From contig CAIYXV010000112.1 of NCBI GenBank assembly GCA_903930225.1, forward strand, positions 1 through 50,789: a stretch of 50,789 nucleotides of DNA. The letters are read 5' to 3'. Position 1 is the first letter of the stretch. Every line of letters begins with the position of its first letter. Source of the stretch: an uncultured bacterium (GTDB lineage: Bacteria; Margulisbacteria; WOR-1; XYC2-FULL-46-14; WPAF01). The notes beneath the pieces are model-generated. The model saw only the letters and a list, made by a program, of their open reading frames with translations, was not told where the DNA came from and searched no databases. Both the position numbers and the translations under genes were made by a program. Shown one piece after another: positions 38,262-46,400 of the stretch.

Positions 38262-40282
38262 TGCGACGGGCTCCCTTCATCGGTTTTATATATATCCTCT
38301 GCATTTTCGTCGGGATTATTGGGCTCTACTTTTGGATGAATATAACATTGCGAGATCGGCACGTCATTCTCGAAGAATTGAGCGGCAACTACCCGGTTCG
38401 CGGGGCAATAGCTGTTTGCCAGAAGCCCGGAGCTCAAGCAGATCCTCACCGTTACCAGCCCCTGAGGCGGCGGGAAGTCGAGCGGCGGATCGTTCGCGGT
38501 GGCCTGGGTCATGAAATCCTTGAAGATCCTGGGACAGATCGCAACTTCCGCGATCCCTTTCATGTGATGATTGTCATCGTTGCCCACCCAGACCCCGGTA
38601 ACCAGCTGGGGCGTGTAACCGATGATCCAGGCGTCCTTGAAATCTTCCGTTGTTCCGGTCTTGGCCGCGGCGGGACGGTTCAACCGTCCCATGTATCCGG
38701 TCCCCCTGGCCAGAACCCCCTTCATCATGTCCACCATGATCGCGGCCACGTTCTCTTCGAGCACGCGCTCGCCTTTAGGCTCATATTGATAGATCACCGC
38801 TCCGTCCCGATTGACGATCTTGGTAATGGCGGTCGGTTCCACTTTAACGCCGTTGTTGGCGAACACGCCGTAAGCGGATACCATCTCGATCATCGATACA
38901 TCGGAAACGCCCAGCGTGAGTGCCAACCCTGATTCCAGGTTGCTGGTTATACCCAGCCTTCTGGCCATCGAGATCGCGGAATCGATTCCTACTTTATTAA
39001 GCAGTTCAATTGCCGGAAGATTAAGGGAATGTTCCAGCGCGTAACGCATGGTCACGTTGCCCCGCCACTTGCGGTCAAAATCCTTCGGTTCCCATTTGCC
39101 GAAGGGATTCCACTTATTGGGGAATACGTTGTAAGTGGTCGGTTTGTCCGCCAGCACGGTCCCGGGAGATATGCCCTGTTCGATCGCGGCGGCGTACACA
39201 AAAGGCTTGAACGACGATCCCGGTTGGCGCTTCATCTGTATCGCGCGGTTGAACTGGCTTTTAACGAAATCGGCTCCGCCGACCATAGCTTTGATGAACC
39301 CGGTCCGCGGGTCTATCGCAAGCAGGGCCGCCTGCGAGAAGTCGTATTTTTTGCCTTCCTCATTGACGTATTTTTTTATGGTATCCTCTGCGGCGGCCTG
39401 GGCGTTTAAATCCAGCGTAGTGTAGACCCTCATCCCGCCCTTGTTGACGGCTTCCTCCCCGAATTTTTTTATCAGCTCTCCCCAGACATAGGACACAAAA
39501 TAGGGCGCGGATTGACCATACCTTTTAAGATTTTCAGGATGCAGTACGATCTGCTCGGCATAGGCCTTTCTGGCGTCGTCGAGCGAGACCAGGCTTTGTT
39601 TCACCATTTTTATCAGCACGATCTTTTGCCGGGACTTAGCCAGCTTGAAATTGCGATAGGGCGAATAGATCTCGGGCCCTTCGATAATACCCATGAGCAT
39701 TGAGGCTTCCCCGAGCGTGAGCTCGTTGGCGTGTTTTCCGAAATAGGCGTCGGACGCGGCCTCCACGCCGTAGGCATTGTGACCGAGATAGATCTGGTTA
39801 AGGTAATATTCGAGGATCTCGTCTTTTGTGAAGCGCCTTTCTATTTGAATCGCCAGCAGTACTTCGGCCAGCTTCCGGAAAAGCGTTTTTTGCCTGCTAA
39901 GGAACAGGTTCCTGGCCAGCTGTTGGGTGATGGTGGAGCCGCCTTCTACGATCCGTCCATACATGAGGTTCCGGCCGGTGGCCCTTAGTATTCCCAAGAC
40001 ATCAATGCCGTGATGGTTGTAAAACCTCTCGTCCTCGACCGCCACCAACGCTTTTTGGAGGTAGGGGCTGATCCGCGATAAAGGCACGACCCGCCGGTTC
40101 TCTTCCTCGTGGAACCGGGCGATGATCTTTCCGTCCTGGGTCAATAGCACCGACGCTTCCGAAGGGGTGTAGTAATTTAGGTCATCCACATTGGGAAGCG
40201 ATAACAGTATCTGGAGCAATATCCCGGAAACCGCGGCCAGAAGGACGAACACGACGATGATAAAAGTCCTGGAAAGCTTCAT
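38258..40282 (-). CDS. Class A penicillin-binding protein (PBP1A family)
   Basis: EDERFYNHHG, GGSTITQQL, SSFK (SxxK), SLN and KTGT. Confidence 0.95.
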   Translation of the reverse strand: MKLSRTFIIVVFVLLAAVSGILLQILLSLPNVDDLNYYTPSEASVLLTQDGKIIARFHEEENRRVVPLSRISPYLQKALVAVEDERFYNHHGIDVLGILRATGRNLMYGRIVEGGSTITQQLARNLFLSRQKTLFRKLAEVLLAIQIERRFTKDEILEYYLNQIYLGHNAYGVEAASDAYFGKHANELTLGEASMLMGIIEGPEIYSPYRNFKLAKSRQKIVLIKMVKQSLVSLDDARKAYAEQIVLHPENLKRYGQSAPYFVSYVWGELIKKFGEEAVNKGGMRVYTTLDLNAQAAAEDTIKKYVNEEGKKYDFSQAALLAIDPRTGFIKAMVGGADFVKSQFNRAIQMKRQPGSSFKPFVYAAAIEQGISPGTVLADKPTTYNVFPNKWNPFGKWEPKDFDRKWRGNVTMRYALEHSLNLPAIELLNKVGIDSAISMARRLGITSNLESGLALTLGVSDVSMIEMVSAYGVFANNGVKVEPTAITKIVNRDGAVIYQYEPKGERVLEENVAAIMVDMMKGVLARGTGYMGRLNRPAAAKTGTTEDFKDAWIIGYTPQLVTGVWVGNDDNHHMKGIAEVAICPRIFKDFMTQATANDPPLDFPPPQGLVTVRICLSSGLLANSYCPANRVVAAQFFENDVPISQCYIHPKVEPNNPDENAEDIYKTDEGSPSQ

Positions 40283-40287
40283 AAATA

Positions 40288-40299
40288 TATAATATTATA
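40288..40299. promoter_or_regulatory. Back-to-back divergent -10 boxes (TATAAT/ATTATA)
   Basis: 12-bp palindrome TATAATATTATA in the 23-bp gap between the divergent PBP1A and plsC genes. Confidence 0.45.
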
Positions 40300-40305
40300 C
40301 CATAT

Positions 40306-41007
40306 ATGAGGGCTTGTTTTGACCTGGCGCGATCCGCAGTTCTATGGCTTATCTTCTTCTTTGGCATTTTCACGATCGCTCTTTTGTATCCGATCATCCG
40401 GTATCTTTCTCCTGGTAACGAAGAGATCTTTCAGTATATGATGGGCTTCTGGGCCAGGATGTGCCTTCGCTGTTCACTGACCCGGGTCCGATTGATCGGT
40501 GCCGCGAATATTCCCGCGGCCGGCGGAATGGTCATTGCCGCCAATCATAGCAGTTTCATCGATAACCTCGTTTTGTTGGGTGAGCTTCCTCTTCGGTTTA
40601 AGATCGTGGCTTCCCGCGCTGGATTTTCATTGCCTTTTATGGGAAGGGTGTATCGCGGGGCGGGATACATACCCACCGGGCTGCGTATGGACCTGTCGGA
40701 ACAGATGAAGCTCTACCGCGAACTGAAAAATAAGCGTAATGTACTGATATACAGCAAATTACCGAAAAATAGTAAGCTCGGGGAATTTACCGAAGCCATG
40801 ATCGCGGCGGCCAGGGAAACGCATTGTCCGATCGTCCCGATCTCAATTAAGCATGCCCGCGAGGTCTTGCCGATGAAAAAATTCATATTAAAAAAAGGCG
40901 AGATCGTGGTCAGGATCGGGGAGCCGATCTATGTGCCGGACCTTAAGATTTTACAAGATAAGATCAGGGAATTGTATCAGGCGGAGGAGGGGGCGTTCCG
41001 GGCTTGA
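40306..41007 (+). CDS. Lysophospholipid acyltransferase (PlsC family), divergent
   Basis: NHSSFID (HX4D) and PIVPISI motifs present; FPEG motif degenerate. Confidence 0.8.
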   Translation: MRACFDLARSAVLWLIFFFGIFTIALLYPIIRYLSPGNEEIFQYMMGFWARMCLRCSLTRVRLIGAANIPAAGGMVIAANHSSFIDNLVLLGELPLRFKIVASRAGFSLPFMGRVYRGAGYIPTGLRMDLSEQMKLYRELKNKRNVLIYSKLPKNSKLGEFTEAMIAAARETHCPIVPISIKHAREVLPMKKFILKKGEIVVRIGEPIYVPDLKILQDKIRELYQAEEGAFRA

Positions 41008-41377
41008 CCCGGAATCCTGGGGTGGAGGGGTTTGTCATTCCAGGCTTGAACTGGAATCCAGGGGAGGGGCTTTCGATCCTTCTGGATTCCAGCGTTCGCT
41101 GGAATGACGGATGACAGTTTGAAGGAGGGGTTTGTCATTCCAGATTTAATCTGGAATCCAGGGGCGGGGTTTTCGATCCTTCTGGATCCCAGCGTTCGCT
41201 GGAATGACGGATGGCAGTTTGAAGGAGGGGTTTCAGTCATTCCAGGCTTGACCTGGTGTCCAGGGGTGGATGGGTTTGTCATTCCAGGCTTGACCTGGAA
41301 TCCAGGGGGGGGGCTTTCGATCCTTCTGGATTCCAGCTTTCGCTGGAATGACAGGCTCCAGCGTTCGCCGGGATGAC
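40993..41377. repeat. BIME-like array of GTCATTCC...GGAATCCA palindromic repeats
   Basis: Forward units at 40993, 41034, 41134, 41236 and 41278; inverted units at 41082, 41182, 41326 and about 41356; 100-bp periodicity. Confidence 0.9.
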
Positions 41378-41398
41378 GGATGAAGATTTGAAACCTGG

Positions 41399-41428
41399 AT
41401 GCAAGTTTTTTGTCCCGTCTTCCGATAT
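41399..41428 (+). promoter_or_regulatory. Sigma-28-like promoter copy 1
   Basis: ATGCAAG-N15-TCCGATAT. Confidence 0.7.
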
Positions 41429-41446
41429 CTTATGCGGAGGACTAAG

Positions 41447-41635
41447 GTGGCAATAGATCTTTCTTCCGTAAACGTAAATTTGGATAAGATAAACGGTGAT
41501 ATCAACAGTATTTTATCTGAAATAAAACCGATGTTCAATTCGGAGCAATGCCATGTAAATATTCCCGGAAATGTGGTAAACTCGGTTGATCTTGATAGCG
41601 CATGCAAGATTTTTGGCCTTAAGTCCGATAAATAA
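41447..41635 (+). CDS. Small hypothetical protein (62 aa)
   Basis: GGAGG Shine-Dalgarno before GTG 41447, downstream of promoter copy 1; begins MAIDLSSVNVNLDK. Confidence 0.55.
   Translation: MAIDLSSVNVNLDKINGDINSILSEIKPMFNSEQCHVNIPGNVVNSVDLDSACKIFGLKSDK
41602..41631 (+). promoter_or_regulatory. Sigma-28-like promoter copy 2
   Basis: ATGCAAG-N15-TCCGATAA. Confidence 0.72.
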
Positions 41636-41653
41636 AATGGAGACATATATATA

Positions 41654-42049
41654 ATGGTTAATTTTGAAGCGGCAAATGGATTTGGCAGAAATAGAGCGCA
41701 GTGGAAACTGCAGGGAGGCTTGGGCAATAAAGCTCAGGCTTTCAGCGAATCCACGCAAAAAGCTACACGTGCCTTAACCCAGGACCAGTTCATCCACGGC
41801 GCCCACAACACGGAGACCCGCGATTCCACTTCGGGAAAATACGAGCGTTTGGAAAAGGGATATACGAGCGTGCTCGAGGAACTGTTCACCTGGATCGCCA
41901 ACCTTTTTGGCAAGGGCACCCCCAAGACCGCTCCCCGCGATCCGGGGACGGGAGACGCGATACCTACCCCGGTTGGAAAGGCCCCCGGGGAGATAGCGCC
42001 CGGAAACCCCGGAGCGTCGGACATTGCCCCTAGAGGAGTGACAGCATGA
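41654..42049 (+). CDS. Hypothetical protein (131 aa) with an amphipathic helix and Pro/Gly-rich tail
   Basis: GGAG Shine-Dalgarno; VLEELFTWIANLFG helix; ATGA-coupled to the next gene. Confidence 0.7.
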   Translation: MVNFEAANGFGRNRAQWKLQGGLGNKAQAFSESTQKATRALTQDQFIHGAHNTETRDSTSGKYERLEKGYTSVLEELFTWIANLFGKGTPKTAPRDPGTGDAIPTPVGKAPGEIAPGNPGASDIAPRGVTA

Positions 42050-42255
42050 GCATAGATTGGTTCTCTTTTTTTATTGGAACCGGCGCGGGCGTGTTTTTAA
42101 TGTCCATTACCGGGCTGATATCCTCTTACATAAGATTAAAGAAAGCAAGGGCACGGGTTGATCTTATGGAAGCAAAAATCAAAAAGTTCCAGGATATCCT
42201 TGAAAAGAAAAAAGAAGAATTGATCGGACGGATCGAAGAGGAGAAAAAATCGTGA
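42046..42255 (+). CDS. Small membrane protein (single TM plus coiled coil)
   Basis: AGGAG Shine-Dalgarno; hydrophobic aa 5-29 followed by a K/E-rich helix; overlaps both neighbours. Confidence 0.7.
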   Translation: MSIDWFSFFIGTGAGVFLMSITGLISSYIRLKKARARVDLMEAKIKKFQDILEKKKEELIGRIEEEKKS

Positions 42256-43409
42256 TCGCATTGGCAGGCGACGTCCTTGGGCTAAACCCGGCAGGCGGAG
42301 CCCCCAAGCCGGTTGGCAAAAAGGCGATCGCACCACAACCCCCGGCGATGCCCATAGATCAAGTGACCGTGAGCGACCAAGCCCGTAAGGAGATTGCTCC
42401 GGGAGTTACCGAAACCGGTAAAATACCGGTAGCGGGGAAAAAGGAGCCGGACGGCGTCGATCGTTTATTGGGCCTTATGTCCGATCTTTTTGGCACAACC
42501 CTTTATGACAAAGGCGGCGTTGGAGGATGGATCCGTGAACAGCGAGCGAAAAATCCCGATGGGAAGATCGATTTTAGGGATATCGGTTTTAGAAGGGCTC
42601 TAGCCAGGGATCTTTATGGAGAAATGGCGACCAAATGGAGCGATAGTGAAGTAAAGGATCACATAACCGATGAGGCGGTCGACTACTTCTTTGGAAATCA
42701 GGATGGCAAGATCGATTCGAACGATCAAATGACCACCGCCCAGTTGATAAAACGGCTTGAATTCACTCTGCCCAGGTTCAAGGCGCAGATTGCCGCGGGC
42801 GGCGAGAACGCTTTCACATACCTTGGTTCATACCTTAGTTCTCACGAAATAATTATAGTCGATTACACCAGGGCGGCCGAATACTTTAAAGGCGTTGATT
42901 TTTCGGCTTTAGGTAGAGCAAACGACCGCATATTTAATAAATGCCTCGACGGCGTAATGGAAACCTACAAGTTCCTTTCTGTCAAAGGAATGATAAGCGA
43001 AGATGAATTTAAGGCCGCGGCTGAAGCATACGGCAAGTTCAAAAAAGGCGAAGGCGACGAAAAAACACTTCCTCCCCGGTTCAAGGAATTGCTCTTCGCT
43101 TCGTACTGGGGATTGTTCAAAGCGGAGTGCGGCGCCAGAGGCGTAAAACTGCCAAAGGACGCTTTACAAGATAAAATAAAAGGTCCGAAACTGGTCATGG
43201 ACCTTATGCAGGGAGCGTTCCAGAACTTTATCGAAGGCCACAGCGACGTGAATCCGGAAAATATCACCCATGACCTTCCGGACAGCCTTGACGAAACCGG
43301 CATTCAAAAAGCCAAAACCGCAAGAGATAATCAAGTCGGCGCCCGCAACGCAGCCAAAAAGACCGATGAGGTTCCTGCTCCGGATGGCAATGTTAAAGTC
43401 GTCCAATAA
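42252..43409 (+). CDS. Hypothetical helical protein (385 aa) with a disordered N-terminus and two EF-hand-like loops
   Basis: GAGGAG Shine-Dalgarno and GTGA overlap; DQVTVSDQAR; NPDGKIDFRD and NQDGKIDSND. Confidence 0.8.
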   Translation: MIALAGDVLGLNPAGGAPKPVGKKAIAPQPPAMPIDQVTVSDQARKEIAPGVTETGKIPVAGKKEPDGVDRLLGLMSDLFGTTLYDKGGVGGWIREQRAKNPDGKIDFRDIGFRRALARDLYGEMATKWSDSEVKDHITDEAVDYFFGNQDGKIDSNDQMTTAQLIKRLEFTLPRFKAQIAAGGENAFTYLGSYLSSHEIIIVDYTRAAEYFKGVDFSALGRANDRIFNKCLDGVMETYKFLSVKGMISEDEFKAAAEAYGKFKKGEGDEKTLPPRFKELLFASYWGLFKAECGARGVKLPKDALQDKIKGPKLVMDLMQGAFQNFIEGHSDVNPENITHDLPDSLDETGIQKAKTARDNQVGARNAAKKTDEVPAPDGNVKVVQ

Positions 43410-43426
43410 AAGAATACCCCTTTTTA

Positions 43427-43456
43427 ATGCAAGTCCCATGGACTATAATCCGATAA
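43427..43456 (+). promoter_or_regulatory. Sigma-28-like promoter copy 3
   Basis: ATGCAAG-N15-TCCGATAA, 9 nt before ATG 43466. Confidence 0.72.
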
Positions 43457-43465
43457 TATAGTGTA

Positions 43466-46400
43466 ATGGTCAATGGCGTAAACCCTAATCCAAATATCGA
43501 TAAACTCAATCAGAAAAATGATGTCTATCAGGGCAGCATCAATCCTTCTTTTATCCCGTCAAACGAACCCGAGCCGGGCGAGACCAAATCCACAACTGAT
43601 TCGACTTTGATCTCGTCCACCACACCCGGGGCCGTCAATTCGGCCATGTCTTCGGCTATATATAATGCCGGAGGGGTTCAGAAACCGGAAGACATAGGTT
43701 ACATCAAGAACACTCCGACGCCTCCCAGCCCGACACCTCCCAGCCCGCCTCCTCCGCCTCCCGGCGATGCCGGAGGAGTTGGCGGATCGACCCCGACGGG
43801 CGGCACGAGCGGTGATACAAGCACCGGTATGGATGTGGCGGGGGACGTCGACCAGGGAATGGACGATTTCTGGAACAGCGTCTTAAATGACCCCCTTTAT
43901 GACACGGATATTAACGGGTTTGAAAGCCTCAACGGAGATAAACTGGAAGCACTTTACCGCCAGCTTCTCTCCCTTATGAATACCAGGCTTTTTATGATGA
44001 TGTTCCTCGAGCAGAGGGGCGAGATCCGCGATATGCTGTTTAAAGCCTTCATCAGCGCCGATCTTTCGGATGTCTCCAAAAAAACCTCGCTGGTCGAGCT
44101 GACCGGCAAATCGAACGCTAAACTGGCAAAATTTTTCCAGAAGGGTATCGCCATCCTGATGACGAACATCAAAGCCCACAATGACGCGGTTTTAGCTGAA
44201 AAACTTAAAGAAGCCGATGACGCTAAAGGCAGCGGCTGGGATAACTACTGGTCCAGCAACGGCGACCAGGAAGACGCGCTCCAGATGGCGGAAGATGCCA
44301 AAAAAGAATACAAGGATGCCATGGACAGGAGCATCGCTTCGCTAAACCGCGTTTTTGGCGGGAGCTTTGTCGGACTAACTCCGGAAACTAAAGCGAAAGG
44401 TGACGAGGTCATGAACGACCTCAAGAATTCGGAGAGCCATCTTACTTACGATGCGGACGGTTATGTGGATACCGGGGCTTTCAAGCAGTACATTGTTGAC
44501 TTGAGAAATGAGTTCATAGGTCTTTTGAACGTGAACCGGCTGGTAGTTTCATCCGCCCGGCAGAAAGAATCGATGCAGAAGGCGATGTTCGAAGCGATCA
44601 CCGGAAAAAGCGGCTTGAGCGAACGCCTGGGCGGCGCGGAAGAAGGGGTTGAGTCGGAGAACGCCCACCAGGCGGTGCTTTTTGACCAGACCGCCAGCTC
44701 GATACTCGAAGTGCAAAAGGTAAAGAACGACATCAAGTTCATCCAGAAACAGATAGAGAAGATCGATGATTCGATGTGGGCCACCGTGCTGGGGAACATT
44801 TTTGAAGCGGTGGCGATCGTCGCCACCATTGTGGTTGCGGTGGCGGTATCGATCGTTACCTGGGGATCGGCTACGGCGGGGGCGGTCGCGGGGGCGGTCG
44901 CGCTGGTCGCCCTGATAGTTGCAGTTTGCGCGGGGGTGTTGGCGGCGACGTTCAAGTACGTCGGGGCAGAGATCGGCGATGCGGTGGATGACGCTTATGA
45001 CCCATCTGTTGATACTTATAACCCCAAAATGCGGGAAAAAGATCGCGTTAAACACAGTATGCTTGACCAGGCGGATGAACTTGAGTACGAAGAGCAAATG
45101 CTGGTAAACGGCGTCGGGATGGGGCAGATCGATACTTTAAGCGATGATTACCTGGCGGTTAACAATGGACAGATCGCTAACCTTACCCGCCAGCTGAATG
45201 GCCTTCAAAATGCCATGCGCGTGATCGCGAAAATGATGAAACAGCAGGCGGAGATCCGCCGGATGATCCAGCGGGCGCTGACCGGACTTTCGGGAGGGAG
45301 CGCCTCCGGAAATCTCACCAGCGCGGCGCTGGAAGATGTCTTAAAACAGATGGGAATGCAGTTCCAGGCCCTGGTATCCAACCTAAGTGAATACAAAGAC
45401 GCCCAGAACAACGAGATCCAGCAGGCCAAGGCCATGGAAGCAGCGCGGATCAACTTTGCCGTAAGCATGGTAACGGCGGTCGTGGCCGCGATCATCGGGG
45501 CGGTGATCCCGGGCGTGGGGGGGCTGATGGGAGCGCTGATCGGGTTTTCGGTCGGTATGACGCTTGGTTCGGCGATCGCAGGTATGATCACTGCCTCATT
45601 GTACGACACCAGAAACATCACTTACGCGCCGAACGTCAACGATTGGCGGCCGATCGGCAGCGAGGGGAAAGGGCGGACCGGTTCGGTGCTGGCCAATCTC
45701 GATACCGAAGCTTTTAATGTATATGATGAGCTCTTTTCGGTGGGGACCTGCGACGCGGGCGACGGCAACATCGGCCTGAACACCAACAAAATACAGGCAA
45801 TGCAGAAGCGGCTGGAGAATATCTTTATTACCATCGGCAATATCGCCTCTACCATTGAAGCCAAAAGCAAAATGCTCAAGGCGATCTGGCAGTCGCTAGG
45901 GGTTGTGACCGACGAGACCGAATCGATCAGCGACATGGTCCGGGGTAATTTTGAGACCCAGATGAAGGTTTTTCACAGCGCGGTCAGCGCGCTGTCAGAG
46001 AAGGTGGAGGTGGCCAACCGGGCCAACGCCGCTCAGCAGCAATACGACAATGCCACCACCAAATTGATCGTTACGGTAGCGCTGCTTGCCGTGTCGGCGG
46101 TAATCGGCGGGGCGACGGGATTGACCTCTGTCTTTAACCTCTGTCTTTCCGTCACCAACCTAACGGTATCGGCGATTGATATGATTAATGCATGGATGAG
46201 AGCGCGCAACGATACCGGCGAACTTGGGACCATGGCCGCGCAGACCACGCCTGAAGACGCGAAGTCGGTAAAACAAAAAATGTCCGCGGAGCAGCAGCTT
46301 CTGGAGAAGGCGGAAGAGATCGAGGCGGGGATCTCGGTCAATTCGGGCATGATCGTTCAGGGCGGCGGCGGCAACTATGGGATCAACAGCGGAATGTTCG

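Noticed and set aside
40993-41377. Possible CRISPR array
   Set aside because: Units alternate in orientation, linkers are reused rather than unique spacers, and there are no cas genes nearby.
40977-41727. ORFs 40977-41282(-), 41104-41376(+) and 41233-41727(-)
   Set aside because: They are translations of the palindromic repeat array (VIPAKAGIQ-type peptides).
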